The notes below the pieces were generated by a model. The model saw only the letters and a list, made by a program, of their open reading frames with translations. It made no database searches and was not told the origin of the DNA. The translations under genes were made by a program, and so were the position numbers. From Vulcanimicrobiota bacterium (GTDB lineage Bacteria > Vulcanimicrobiota > Xenobia > Xenobiales > Xenobiaceae): a stretch of 64,000 nucleotides of DNA. Below, one piece after another: positions 40,484-50,255 of the stretch. The stretch is from contig CALUQR010000001.1 of NCBI GenBank assembly GCA_944322965.1, positions 327,815 through 391,814 on the forward strand. The letters run 5' to 3'. How positions within the stretch are numbered: position 1 is the stretch's first letter; each line of letters opens with the position of its first letter.

Positions 40484-41835
40484 CAGAGTACTTGGGCCAG
40501 GCCGCCCCGCGAAGTCTCTTTATACTTAGAGGACATAGCGGCGGCGGTCAGGCGCATGGCCTCGATGCAGCTATCGAGGTCTACCTTGTGGCTAGAGCTC
40601 AGATTGTCGGGGGAGATAATGCTGGCCGTCCAGGCCTTGATGAGGCCGAAGGCGTTGCGTTCGATGCAGGGGATCTGCACGTAGCCGCCCACCGGGTCGC
40701 AAGTTAAGCCCAGATGTTGCTCTAAGGCGGACTCCGCGGCATTTTCGATAGAGCGAGCGGAGCCGCCTCGATAGTGGACTAAGAGGGCGGCGGTCATGGC
40801 GGCCGCTACCCCCACTTCCGCCTGGCAGCCCCCCTCGGCCCCGGAGATGGTGGCGTTATTCTTACATAAGTAGCCGATAGCCGCCCCTACGACGATCCCT
40901 TCCCGCAAGCGGCGCAAGTTGCGCCGGTGGCGGGAGGCTAAGGCGTGGACGGTGCCGGCCATTACCCCCGCGGAACCGGCGGTAGGGGCGGTACAGATGA
41001 CGTGGCCCCGGGCGTTCTCCTCGCTGACGGCGATAGCTAAGGCGGTGACGGCGGAGAGGGCGCGGTCGGCGAAGGGGCCCCCTTCGTCTTGGTAATTTTT
41101 AAATAGGCGCTGGGCTTTGCTCTGCAATTGGAGGCTGCCCGGCAAGAGGCCGCTGCGCTCTAGGCCGTGGTGGGCGGCGTTGCGCATGACGCTGATCACG
41201 TCTTGGACGAAGGCTAAGACCTGCTCTTCCGTCTGGCCGGTGAGGGCCATTTCGTTAGCTAAGAGGACCTGATAGAGGTCGCGCTGGGGGGTGACGTGGC
41301 TCATTAACTCCCGGCAGTTGGAGTAGGGGTAGGGGGGAGTAGGTTTGGGGGGAGGTTGGTAACCCTTCCACTCTATAAAGCCGCCCCCCACTGAGTAGTA
41401 TTCGCGCTCTAAGATGGGGGTAGGCCCTTCGCCCTCTAGGCTCAAGCGCAGCGTATTGGGATGGTGAAAGTGGCCTACGGTAGCCCCGTAGACTACGTCG
41501 TCGACCGCCAGTTGGGTGCGGAAAGGGCCGATCTCTAAGGGATAGGGGCGGTAGCGGTCGCTAGCTAGTTGATCTAAAAACTCAGGGGGACAGTGGGCGG
41601 GTACTTGGCCCAAAACTCCGGCGACTACCGCGCGATCGGTACCGTGCCCCTTGCCGGTGGCGCTGAGGCTCCCTAAAAGGACGATCTTTAATCTTTTAGC
41701 TTGGGCTAAGAGGGCGGGATCTAGATTTTGCATTAACTTGTAGAAGTCGTGGCCAGCTAACATGGGGCCCATGGTGTGGGAGCTGGAGGGGCCAGGTCCA
41801 AACTTATAGAGCTCGCGGAGGGTAGTCTCGATCAT
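40480..41835 (-). CDS. sdaA: L-serine dehydratase, iron-sulfur dependent, single chain
   Basis: ELYKFGPGPSSSHTMGPM at the N-terminus and full-length colinearity with SdaA. Confidence 0.85.
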   Translation of the reverse strand: MIETTLRELYKFGPGPSSSHTMGPMLAGHDFYKLMQNLDPALLAQAKRLKIVLLGSLSATGKGHGTDRAVVAGVLGQVPAHCPPEFLDQLASDRYRPYPLEIGPFRTQLAVDDVVYGATVGHFHHPNTLRLSLEGEGPTPILEREYYSVGGGFIEWKGYQPPPKPTPPYPYSNCRELMSHVTPQRDLYQVLLANEMALTGQTEEQVLAFVQDVISVMRNAAHHGLERSGLLPGSLQLQSKAQRLFKNYQDEGGPFADRALSAVTALAIAVSEENARGHVICTAPTAGSAGVMAGTVHALASRHRRNLRRLREGIVVGAAIGYLCKNNATISGAEGGCQAEVGVAAAMTAALLVHYRGGSARSIENAAESALEQHLGLTCDPVGGYVQIPCIERNAFGLIKAWTASIISPDNLSSSHKVDLDSCIEAMRLTAAAMSSKYKETSRGGLAQVLC

Positions 41836-41947
41836 AGGGGGCGCCCTTCGCTTCTCTTAGGGGCTAGCCTGCCTCGGAGGGCAGGCTAGAGGAAGCCAAT
41901 TGCGAAGTAAATAACCACTTTGAGGGTTAAGGAGAGAGGGTAGGCTA

Positions 41948-42391
41948 ATGGATTGGCGACTCAAGCGACTTACAGGGTGGACTTTGGCGCTTTTACTCTG
42001 CGGGGTAGGGATGGGAACTCTGCCCTTAGCGGCGGAATCGGTCCCGGCGCCCCCTCCCACGGCTGGCGACTCGGACCGACAATTGACGGTCAATTTAGAG
42101 ATCTTCTTAGAGGCGGTGCGCCGCGTAGAGGATGATTGTCGCTCCGGGAGGATTAAGAATCTCCCCGACCAGCAGCTAGTCCAGAGCCACCAGATGTTGA
42201 GCCAGATCTTAGCGGCCTGCACCGAGTTGCGCCGCGAGTATGCCGCTATTCCCCAAAAAGATAGCGCTCTCGAAGGGAGGATGCTCAAAGTCCAACAGGT
42301 CGAGCGCCAGACTTACCGCGCCTTAAAAGAGTTAGAGCGGGAATTGAGTCGGCGCGGCTTAGATTTTGAGCCTACTAAAGTCTTACTTTAA
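41948..42391 (+). CDS. putative secreted coiled-coil protein
   Basis: The N-terminus is hydrophobic (LTGWTLALLLCGVGMGTLPLAAE), followed by helical heptad-like sequence. No domain recognised. Confidence 0.35.
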   Translation: MDWRLKRLTGWTLALLLCGVGMGTLPLAAESVPAPPPTAGDSDRQLTVNLEIFLEAVRRVEDDCRSGRIKNLPDQQLVQSHQMLSQILAACTELRREYAAIPQKDSALEGRMLKVQQVERQTYRALKELERELSRRGLDFEPTKVLL

Positions 42392-42549
42392 AAGGTTACT
42401 CCGCCTACAAGGCTTAGGTGGAGTTATAATAGGCTCCCCCCTGGGGATTTTGAGAGAGGGTAAAAAATGGAGACGCGCTTTAAAAGGTTTCTTTTAGGGA
42501 TTTTAGCTTTATAACGGCCAAAAACGCCTTAATTACGTTACAGCGTAAG

Positions 42550-42708
42550 ATGGAAGAGTCGGTATATCAATATTGCGCCGAGCATCCGCAGGAGGTAGAC
42601 GCCGAGGTTGAAGAGTTTTTATACAAATCTGAGTTGCTAATACAGCAAGAACAACAGTTGCTTAAAATCTATGAACAAGAGTTCGCTCGGCGCGGCGTGA
42701 CGCCTTAA
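42550..42708 (+). CDS. possible small protein (52 aa) in AT-rich island
   Basis: ATG...TAA ORF (MEESVYQYCAEHPQEVDAEVEEFLYKSELLIQQEQQLLKIYEQEFARRGVTP). It is below the 60-aa ORF-track cutoff. The flanks are AT-rich. No RBS is evident. Confidence 0.2.
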   Translation: MEESVYQYCAEHPQEVDAEVEEFLYKSELLIQQEQQLLKIYEQEFARRGVTP

Positions 42709-42820
42709 ATCTCTAGAGGCGGCCCGCTAGGGGGCCCCTCTCTTTTAAGGGGGATTAACCTAGTCAAGTTGAGCTTCCCCAAAAGTAGTATACTGCGGGA
42801 GGGGTAGAGAAGGAGAGTAG

Positions 42821-43318
42821 ATGAGTACCGAGATTGCGAACTCCATAAGTATTGGCCGCATTAAATTTACCGAGTTGGAGAGGGCGATAGAGCTAGTCAG
42901 CCAACCCTCTATAGAGGAAGAAGCCAAGAAGACTTCCGGTTTTAAGCGCACCGAATCTGAGGTGCGTTTAGAGAATATGGCCATCTTTAGAGCTTACTTA
43001 GATAATCCTCAATATAGGGTCTATGTGGCGCGCACGCCCCAAGAGAAAGTGATAGGGGTGATGGCCGTCCAAATTAAGCGCCAAGGTTTCCATCCCAAAG
43101 CTCCTCTGTGCGCCTTTGGCAGCGATTTAGCGGTCGATCCCGCTTACCGGCGTCAGGGTATCGCCCGCAAGATGTTCCACTTTTTGATGGACGAACTGCG
43201 CCGGGCGCAGGTCGAATACTTTACCTTTACCGTCCGTAAGGATAATGAGCGCGCCTTGCCCCTCTATTTAGACGAGGGGTGCCAAATTACGGAGTACGTT
43301 ATGATGAAGGAGTTATAA
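42821..43318 (+). CDS. GNAT-family N-acetyltransferase
   Basis: LAVDPAYRRQGIARKMFHFLMDEL is the acetyl-CoA-binding motif. Confidence 0.55.
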   Translation: MSTEIANSISIGRIKFTELERAIELVSQPSIEEEAKKTSGFKRTESEVRLENMAIFRAYLDNPQYRVYVARTPQEKVIGVMAVQIKRQGFHPKAPLCAFGSDLAVDPAYRRQGIARKMFHFLMDELRRAQVEYFTFTVRKDNERALPLYLDEGCQITEYVMMKEL

Positions 43319-43324
43319 GGGAGG

Positions 43325-43888
43325 ATGGCTCTGCCCTTGCCCTTTCGCCCGCAGCGCTTTCGAGAGGCCCCCGAGGCGGAGCGGGGCAGAGGGGACGGCA
43401 TAGAGATCCGGCGGGCGCAGGCGGAGGACGTCCCCGCCATCTTGGAGCTTTCCGAAGAGGCCGCGGTCTACTCTATGTCCCCTCTGCGCCCTAGCGATCC
43501 GCAGCGAGCGCGCCAGATTAGGCGCCAAGATATGGCCAGTCTCAAATTCCAGGTGCGCGATCCCCAGATGGCTATCTTTGTGGCCCGGACCCCCGAGGGG
43601 CGCGTAGTGGGGGAGGTGGTAGCCAAGTTAGATGGGCGCGATTTTTTGAGCGATCAGCCACAGGCCTGGATCTTTGAATTGGCCGTCCATCCCGACTTTT
43701 GGCGCCAGGGGATCGGGGGGCGATTGCTATATGCGGTAGAGTGCGCCGCCCGCGAGGCCGGTTTAGAGTGCGTGGGGCTCTCCGTTACTTGCGCCAACGA
43801 GCGGGCCAACCGTTTTTACGATTCTTTAGGCTACCAGGATGAGCGGCGCCTACTATTAAAGAAATTGACCCCCAATCTGGGACCATAG
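43325..43888 (+). CDS. GNAT-family N-acetyltransferase (tandem paralogous fold)
   Basis: LAVHPDFWRQGIGGRLLYAVECAAREAG is the acetyl-CoA-binding motif. Confidence 0.55.
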   Translation: MALPLPFRPQRFREAPEAERGRGDGIEIRRAQAEDVPAILELSEEAAVYSMSPLRPSDPQRARQIRRQDMASLKFQVRDPQMAIFVARTPEGRVVGEVVAKLDGRDFLSDQPQAWIFELAVHPDFWRQGIGGRLLYAVECAAREAGLECVGLSVTCANERANRFYDSLGYQDERRLLLKKLTPNLGP

Positions 43889-43900
43889 AGGAGGTTAGAG

Positions 43901-45460
43901 ATGGAGCCTTTATATCTCAACGGTGACAATTTGAGCGTAGCCAGCCTGGTAGAGGCGGCCCAGGGGCGCCAGGTAGCCCTGGCGCCCGAGGTGGCGCCGC
44001 GCTTAGCCCGCTCGCGCCAAGTAGTAGAGGATATCGTCAGCCAAGGCCAGGTAGCCTACGGAATTAATACCGGCTTCGGCCGCTTAGCTAACGTCAATAT
44101 TGAGCCCCAACGCCTGCGCGATCTGCAGCGCAATCTCATTTTGAGCCACGCCTCCGGGGTGGGGGAGTACGTCAGTCCCCAGGTGGTGCGGGCTATGATC
44201 GCTCTGCGCGTCAACGCCTTAGCTAAGGGTTTCTCCGGCTGTCGCCTGGAGCTTTTAGAGGCCCTCTTGGCCATGCTCAATAAGGGGATCGTCCCCCGCG
44301 TCCCCTCGCGCGGTTCGGTGGGCGCTAGCGGCGATTTGGCCCCCTTGGCCCACATGGCCTTAGCCTTATTGGGGGAGGGCGAAGTCACCTATGAGGGCGC
44401 CACTTGTAAAGCGGCGGAGGCCCTGCAGAGAGCGGGCTTAGAGCCCTTCCACTTAGAGGCCAAAGAGGGTCTAGCGCTCATTAATGGCACCCAATTTATG
44501 AATGCCGTGGGCAGTTTAGCTTTGGCCCGGGCGGGGCGCCTTTTGAAGGTCGCGGATATCGCCGGAGCCATGACTATTGAGGCGATGTTGGGGACGGTGG
44601 CCGATCTCCACCCCTTAGTCTCCCAATTGCGCCCCCATCTGGGTCAGGCCCAGGCGGCCCGCAACGTCCAGACCTTAACGCGCAACTCTCCTTTAGTCCT
44701 CTCCCATAGGGATTGCGGCAAGGTCCAAGATCCCTACTCCATGCGCTGCCTGCCCCAGGTCCATGGAGCGGCGCGCGAGGGGTGGCGCTTCGCGATGGAG
44801 TTAGTGGAGCGGGAGATGAATTCCGTAACTGACAATCCCTTAGTCATTCCCCCTCAAGAGCTCACCCCGCAGGAGAGGGAGGAGCACCCCCAGGGGCTGA
44901 TCATTAGCGCTGGCAATTTCCACGGCGCCCCCCTAGCCATGGCCTTAGATACGGCGGCGGTGGCCCTCTGTCCCTTAGGAACTATCTCGGAGCGGCGCTG
45001 CGATAAGTTGGTCTGCGGGACCGACCGCCTGACCCCCTTCTTAGCCTTCGCCCCCGGAGTAGAGTCGGGATATATGATCGTCCAGTACGCGGCCGCCTCC
45101 TTAGTCAACGAGAATAAGGTCTACGCCCACCCGGCTAGCGTCGATACCGTCCCCACCTCGGGCGGCCAAGAGGATCACAATAGCCACGGCCCTACCGCAG
45201 CCCACAAGTTGACTAAGATCGTAGACAATTTGGAGCTCATCTTGGCCTGCGAATTAGTCTGCGCCGCCCAAGCTTTAGAGGAGCGCTTGCCGATGGGCTT
45301 TGGTCCCGGCACGGAGGCCGCTTTTAAAGCTATTCGCCAAGTGGTAGCCCCCTTAGTAGCCGATCGCCCGCCTTACCGGGATATTGAGGCCGTGCGCCAG
45401 CTGATAACTCAGGGGACCCTCTTGCAAGCCGTGGAGAGAGCGGTAGGTCCTTTAGAGTGA
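43901..45460 (+). CDS. hutH: histidine ammonia-lyase family (MIO-dependent aromatic amino acid ammonia-lyase)
   Basis: GSVGASGDLAPLAH carries the Ala-Ser-Gly MIO triad. The selectivity position reads SH (NLILSHASGVG), as in histidine ammonia-lyases. No hutU/hutI are adjacent. Confidence 0.75.
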   Translation: MEPLYLNGDNLSVASLVEAAQGRQVALAPEVAPRLARSRQVVEDIVSQGQVAYGINTGFGRLANVNIEPQRLRDLQRNLILSHASGVGEYVSPQVVRAMIALRVNALAKGFSGCRLELLEALLAMLNKGIVPRVPSRGSVGASGDLAPLAHMALALLGEGEVTYEGATCKAAEALQRAGLEPFHLEAKEGLALINGTQFMNAVGSLALARAGRLLKVADIAGAMTIEAMLGTVADLHPLVSQLRPHLGQAQAARNVQTLTRNSPLVLSHRDCGKVQDPYSMRCLPQVHGAAREGWRFAMELVEREMNSVTDNPLVIPPQELTPQEREEHPQGLIISAGNFHGAPLAMALDTAAVALCPLGTISERRCDKLVCGTDRLTPFLAFAPGVESGYMIVQYAAASLVNENKVYAHPASVDTVPTSGGQEDHNSHGPTAAHKLTKIVDNLELILACELVCAAQALEERLPMGFGPGTEAAFKAIRQVVAPLVADRPPYRDIEAVRQLITQGTLLQAVERAVGPLE

Positions 45461-45557
45461 GGAACCACTCTTCCCTTTAGTGGGGTTGGGGAAGGTAAAG
45501 TCTTCGTAAGGCAAGAATTTTTGAAGCCTGAATTCTAAGATCGGAAGGGTTGGAGCC

Positions 45558-47828
45558 TTGGCCAGAAAGCCGCGCAGCAAGTCGGAAAATGAAATGTTAG
45601 ATAGCAGTGCCGATATGTCGGTAGAAGGGCGTATCGCGCGTCTAGAGTCCGAACTGGAGGATATGTCTATTGTTGGCGACGCCACCAACAAGGAGATCTT
45701 CAAGTTGCAAGGGCGCTTCGATCGCCTCTCTAAAGATTTTGACGAGATCGCGGAAGGGGCCTCGGCCGAGGACCTGGCCCAAGTGCAGAGCTCGCTCGAC
45801 GAGATGGGTTCGCGCTTCAAAGCGGTGGAGGAGAGCTTAGCTAGCCATACCCAAGAGGCTCAGGAGCGCGTAGAGCAGGTGCGCGGCGACCTGGAAAAAT
45901 TGCGCGACGCCCAAGGCCAAGCCCAGAACAAATTTGAAGAGTTCGAGCTGGGAGTGGAGGAGCGCTTAGAGGCCGTCAAGGCGGAACTGAGCCAAGCTTC
46001 GACCTTCTTAAAGAGCGAGGACTTCGAAAAGTATCGCCAGGGCCAAGAGGAGGAGCTCAATAAAGAGCGCGACTCCCAAAAAGAGGCTCTGGAGGCTCTC
46101 AAGGGCGAGCTCAGTCAGCGTTTAGAGGAAGGGCTTAAGCGCAGCGCTGAGGATCGCGAGGCCTTGGTGGCCAAGACGGTGAGCGACCTTAAGGGCGAGT
46201 CGGAGCGCAACCTCTTCGAACTGGAGGAGCGTTTAGAGGGCAAGGCCAGCCAGCAGGAAGAGGGGCTCAAAGGTTTAGAGGCCTCCCTCAACCATCTGAA
46301 AGAGATGATGAATGGGGCCGACTCCGCCATGGAGACTTTACAGTCTCTGCGGGGCGAGGTCGATAAGTTGGCGGAGCGCATTACCGAGTTCGCTCCCCGC
46401 TGCGACGAGGCTTTAGCTCAGGCGGCTAAGTCCCAAGAGGAGGTCGAGCAACATCTGGGCGCCATCCGCATGGCTATGCGCTTAGTAGAACAGCTCGACC
46501 AGCGGGTCACGGAGATCGGCAAGAACGCCGAGTCTCTGACGGAAGCCGCGGCGGAGGCGGTGGCCGCCGCCCCCAAGATCGCCGCCAGTATGGCTCAAGC
46601 GGCTCAGGCGGCCCAAGCGGCCGGTCCAGCCCCGGTAGTAGTCGCCGCCCAGGCTCCGCGGGTAGAGGTTATCGAAGAGGAGCCTATCCCCCCGGTTACG
46701 GAGAATTTGGGCTACGACTTAGGGGACATCTTGCAAGTAGTCATTAGCCACGGGGCCTCCGACTTACACTTGCAGGTCGGCTGTACGCCTACGGTGCGCC
46801 TCAACGGCGATCTGGTGCCGGTGGGCGAGACTAAGTTGGCTACCGACGATACTAAGGCCCTCATCTACCCGGCTATGACTAGAGAGCAGCGCCAGGCGGT
46901 CCGTCAGGGCAAGGAGGTCTCCTTCTCCCACGTCACGGCGGACGGAGTGCGCTTCTTGGTGAGCGCCTTCTTAGAGCGGGGCAACTTGAGCGCCAACTTC
47001 CACATGTTGCGCACCGACGTCTTGCCCTTCGAAGCTTTGGGCCTGCCTCCCGTGCTCAAAAAGTTCTCCCTCTTCCAGAATGGTTTAGTGATCTTGACCG
47101 GCCCCACCGGTTCTGGGAAGTCGACGACTATGGCCTCCATGGTGGACTTTATCAATAATAACCGCAAGTGCCATATCGTCACTATTGAAGATCCCATCGA
47201 ATACTATCATAAGACGGTTAACTCCCTGATCACGCAGCGCGAGGTGGGCGACGATACGCAGAGCTTCCGCGACGCTATCAATACCGCCATGCGCCAGGAT
47301 CCCGACGTCTTAGTGATCTCCGACATTCGCGACGCGGAGACGATGATGAGCGCTATCAGCGCGGCCGAGAAGGGTTACTTAGTGATTGCGGCCCTCAATA
47401 CGCCCGATACTTTGCAAGCTCTGCGGCGCATGTTGACCTTCTTTACGGGCGAGACCCAGCGCCAGTTCCGCTTGCTCTTAGCCAGCTGTCTGCGCGGTAT
47501 CGTCTCTCAGAAGCTGGTGGCCCGAGCCGACGATAAGGGGCGGATCCCGGCGGTAGAGGTCTTAGTAGTCGATCTGCCCGTCTCCGAGTACATCTTAAAT
47601 GACGATTTCGAAGCTCTGGCCGCCTACCAGCAGCAGAGCGGGGTAGAGGGGATGCAGAGCTTTGGCCAGTCGATGGGCGCCCTCTACGCTCAGGGCTTAA
47701 TCGCCAAAGATGAGGAGATCTTCCACGAGGTCCCGGCCCCGGAATTCCCCGTCGATCCCGTCATCCACAACGCCGAGCCGCAGCAATCGGATATCGGCGA
47801 TAACGACACCATTATGAATTGGTTGTAA
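45558..47828 (+). CDS. PilT/PilU-type retraction ATPase fused to an approx 390-aa N-terminal coiled-coil domain
   Basis: The C-terminus has LTGPTGSGKSTT (Walker A), DPIEY, and VISDIRDAET Asp box/His box regions typical of PilT. The N-terminus is highly charged with heptad repeats. The start is ambiguous (TTG 45558 or ATG 45594). Confidence 0.7.
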   Translation: MARKPRSKSENEMLDSSADMSVEGRIARLESELEDMSIVGDATNKEIFKLQGRFDRLSKDFDEIAEGASAEDLAQVQSSLDEMGSRFKAVEESLASHTQEAQERVEQVRGDLEKLRDAQGQAQNKFEEFELGVEERLEAVKAELSQASTFLKSEDFEKYRQGQEEELNKERDSQKEALEALKGELSQRLEEGLKRSAEDREALVAKTVSDLKGESERNLFELEERLEGKASQQEEGLKGLEASLNHLKEMMNGADSAMETLQSLRGEVDKLAERITEFAPRCDEALAQAAKSQEEVEQHLGAIRMAMRLVEQLDQRVTEIGKNAESLTEAAAEAVAAAPKIAASMAQAAQAAQAAGPAPVVVAAQAPRVEVIEEEPIPPVTENLGYDLGDILQVVISHGASDLHLQVGCTPTVRLNGDLVPVGETKLATDDTKALIYPAMTREQRQAVRQGKEVSFSHVTADGVRFLVSAFLERGNLSANFHMLRTDVLPFEALGLPPVLKKFSLFQNGLVILTGPTGSGKSTTMASMVDFINNNRKCHIVTIEDPIEYYHKTVNSLITQREVGDDTQSFRDAINTAMRQDPDVLVISDIRDAETMMSAISAAEKGYLVIAALNTPDTLQALRRMLTFFTGETQRQFRLLLASCLRGIVSQKLVARADDKGRIPAVEVLVVDLPVSEYILNDDFEALAAYQQQSGVEGMQSFGQSMGALYAQGLIAKDEEIFHEVPAPEFPVDPVIHNAEPQQSDIGDNDTIMNWL

Positions 47829-47831
47829 GTT

Positions 47832-48578
47832 ATGGAAGCGCTGGTCCAGCCTGAACTCCAGTTATCTCTGGCCCAGCGCTTGGCTCTCGTGCGGGAGCGC
47901 TTAGAGCGGGCCTGCCAGAGAGCTGGGCGCGATCCGCAGAGCGTGCGTTTAGTAGGCGTCTCCAAGACTAAGTCTCTAGCCGTAGTGGAGGAGGCGGTCC
48001 GAGCCGGGTTGCGGGATTTTGGAGAAAACTACGTCCAAGAGCTGCAGAAGAAGGCCCCTAAAGTCCCGGGGGTCAATTGGCATTTAGTGGGGCCCTTACA
48101 GAAGAATAAGGTCAAGAAAGCCGTGGCGGTGATAGATTTCGTCCACTCTCTCGACTCTTTAGATATTATTCTCTTAGCCGAGCGGCGCGCTAGAGAGTTA
48201 AAGCGCCGCCTGCAGGGGCTCATCCAAGTCCACTTAGGGGATGAGTCTACTAAGAGCGGCCTGGAGCCCCAAGAGGTCATTCCCCTTTTGGAGTCTTTAA
48301 CTATGGCTCCCCCCAACTACGTCTCCTTAGTGGGGCTCATGACTATCCCCCCTCCGGGCCCGCCCGAGCGGATTCGCCCCTATTTCCGTCAATTGCGCCA
48401 ACTTTTGCAGGAGATTGAGGAGCGGAAGTTTGAATTCTGGCGCGGTTGTGAACTCTCGATGGGGATGAGCGACGACTTTGAGGTCGCCATCGAGGAGGGG
48501 GCGACGATGGTAAGGGTCGGGCGGGCCATCTTTGGGCCGCGCCAGTATAAGCAACAGAGCGCGGAGGTGCAGCGGTAG
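47832..48578 (+). CDS. YggS-family PLP-binding protein (PLP homeostasis)
   Basis: VRLVGVSKTK carries the PLP Lys. The full length matches the YggS/YlmE fold. Confidence 0.85.
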   Translation: MEALVQPELQLSLAQRLALVRERLERACQRAGRDPQSVRLVGVSKTKSLAVVEEAVRAGLRDFGENYVQELQKKAPKVPGVNWHLVGPLQKNKVKKAVAVIDFVHSLDSLDIILLAERRARELKRRLQGLIQVHLGDESTKSGLEPQEVIPLLESLTMAPPNYVSLVGLMTIPPPGPPERIRPYFRQLRQLLQEIEERKFEFWRGCELSMGMSDDFEVAIEEGATMVRVGRAIFGPRQYKQQSAEVQR

Positions 48579-49075
48579 TGGCCGGCATAATGGAAAAATT
48601 GAAGAAATTTCTGAGCGTGGGCGACGACTACGAAGATTACTCTGACGAAGAGTATGCGGCGGAGTCGGGCGGCAATCCCACCACTCAGAAGACCGCCGTC
48701 CACGAGAGCGTCAAAGCGCGAGGCAATTTAGTGGCCCTGCCCTCTACTAAGAGTCTCCCCAAACAAGAGATTATCGTGGTCAGCATCGTAGGTAGCAACC
48801 AGACCAAGGGGATCGCCGACTACCTGACCCAAGATAAGTGCGTAGTAGTCAATGTCAGCGCCGCCGACAAAGGCTTGAGCCGCCGGACCCTAGATTTCCT
48901 CTCCGGTATCTCCTTTGCCCGCGGGGGTTCAAAAGCTAAGATCGCCGACAATATCTATATCTTCGCCCCCGCCTCCATGACCATTTCCGCCGCCCAGAGC
49001 GACTTGAGCGATGAGGAGAACGAGCCCCCCGCCTCCAATTTAGAGGGGCGCAACGAGTATCTCTACCGCTCCTAA
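48578..49075 (+). CDS. sepF: cell division protein SepF
   Basis: The conserved SepF core (IVVSIVGSN...ADYLTQDKCVVVNV...LDFLSGISFARGG...IYIFAP) is present. The gene is classically adjacent to ylmE/yggS. Confidence 0.8.
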   Translation: MAGIMEKLKKFLSVGDDYEDYSDEEYAAESGGNPTTQKTAVHESVKARGNLVALPSTKSLPKQEIIVVSIVGSNQTKGIADYLTQDKCVVVNVSAADKGLSRRTLDFLSGISFARGGSKAKIADNIYIFAPASMTISAAQSDLSDEENEPPASNLEGRNEYLYRS

Positions 49076-49081
49076 GGGGTC

Positions 49082-50251
49082 ATGGCTCTACCGCTAGGCC
49101 TTTATATCCACATCCCCTTCTGCTGGCGACGCTGCGCCTATTGCGACTTTAATACTTACGCCCAGGTAGAGGAGGGGTTAAAGATCCGCTACCAGCGGGC
49201 CCTAGTTGCCGATCTGCGGGCTAGCGCCGCCTCTTTAGCCCGCAAGTTAGGGGTCGAGCGCCCGCCTTTAGGTACTCTCTACGTAGGCGGGGGGACCCCC
49301 ACCTCACTACCTATCTCCTTCTTAGTAGAGCTTTTAGAGGAGGTGAGGGGGCTATTTCAGCTCTCCCCGCGGGCGGAATTGAGCTTAGAGAGTAATCCCG
49401 GTCTAGTAGAGCGCTCTGGGCTATGCGCTTTGCGCCAGGCCGGTTACAATCGCCTCTCTTTAGGGGTCCAGAGCCTAGAGCCTTCTCTTTTAAAACTCTT
49501 AGGGCGCATCCATGGGGTAGAGGAGGTGGAGGCTAGCGTAGCCTGGGCCCGCGAGGCGGGTTTTGAGAATCTCAATTTAGATCTCATCTACGGCCTACCC
49601 ACCCAGACTTTAAAAGATTGGGAGCGGACCTTAGCGGGGGTCCTCTCCTTAAAGCCCCAACATATCTCCGCCTACGCCCTCTCCGTAGAAGAGGGGACCC
49701 CTTTAGCCCACAATTTAGAGCGCGGCCTCTATGCCTTGCCCACCGAAGAGGAGGTAGAGAGTTTGGAGCGCGCTCTAGTCCGCTACTTGCGCCCCGCCGG
49801 TTTCCGCCACTATGAAATCTCTAATTGGGGCCGGCCCGGTTACGCTTGTCGCCATAACTTGCTCTATTGGGCCAACGCTCAGTATTTGGGGGTGGGGGCG
49901 GGGGCCGTCTCCTACTTAGGGGGCTGGCGCTTTAAGCGCCGCAACCATCCGGCCCAGTATCTAGAGGCCCTAGAGAGGGACGGTAACCTCTACACGGAGG
50001 CGGAGCGTTTGGGGGAGCTCTCCCATCTCCAAGAGACGCTCATCTTAGGGCTGCGCCGCCAGCGCGGCATTACTTGGCGGGAATTAGAGGCCCACGCTCC
50101 CCCCGCTTGGCGTCCCCACCTGCGCCCTTGGCTAGACGACTTGAGCGCTACCCTGCCCCCCGGGCTCTTAGTCCCTACCCCTAAAGGTTACCGTCTGACG
50201 GGGCGTGGGCGCGATCTCTCCAATGAGATCTTTACTAGACTCTTCTTTTAA
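49082..50251 (+). CDS. hemW: radical SAM heme chaperone HemW (HemN-like, oxygen-independent coproporphyrinogen oxidase family)
   Basis: YIHIPFCWRRCAYCDF is the CxxxCxxC radical SAM motif in HemW context. Confidence 0.8.
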   Translation: MALPLGLYIHIPFCWRRCAYCDFNTYAQVEEGLKIRYQRALVADLRASAASLARKLGVERPPLGTLYVGGGTPTSLPISFLVELLEEVRGLFQLSPRAELSLESNPGLVERSGLCALRQAGYNRLSLGVQSLEPSLLKLLGRIHGVEEVEASVAWAREAGFENLNLDLIYGLPTQTLKDWERTLAGVLSLKPQHISAYALSVEEGTPLAHNLERGLYALPTEEEVESLERALVRYLRPAGFRHYEISNWGRPGYACRHNLLYWANAQYLGVGAGAVSYLGGWRFKRRNHPAQYLEALERDGNLYTEAERLGELSHLQETLILGLRRQRGITWRELEAHAPPAWRPHLRPWLDDLSATLPPGLLVPTPKGYRLTGRGRDLSNEIFTRLFF

Positions 50252-50255
50252 GCCT

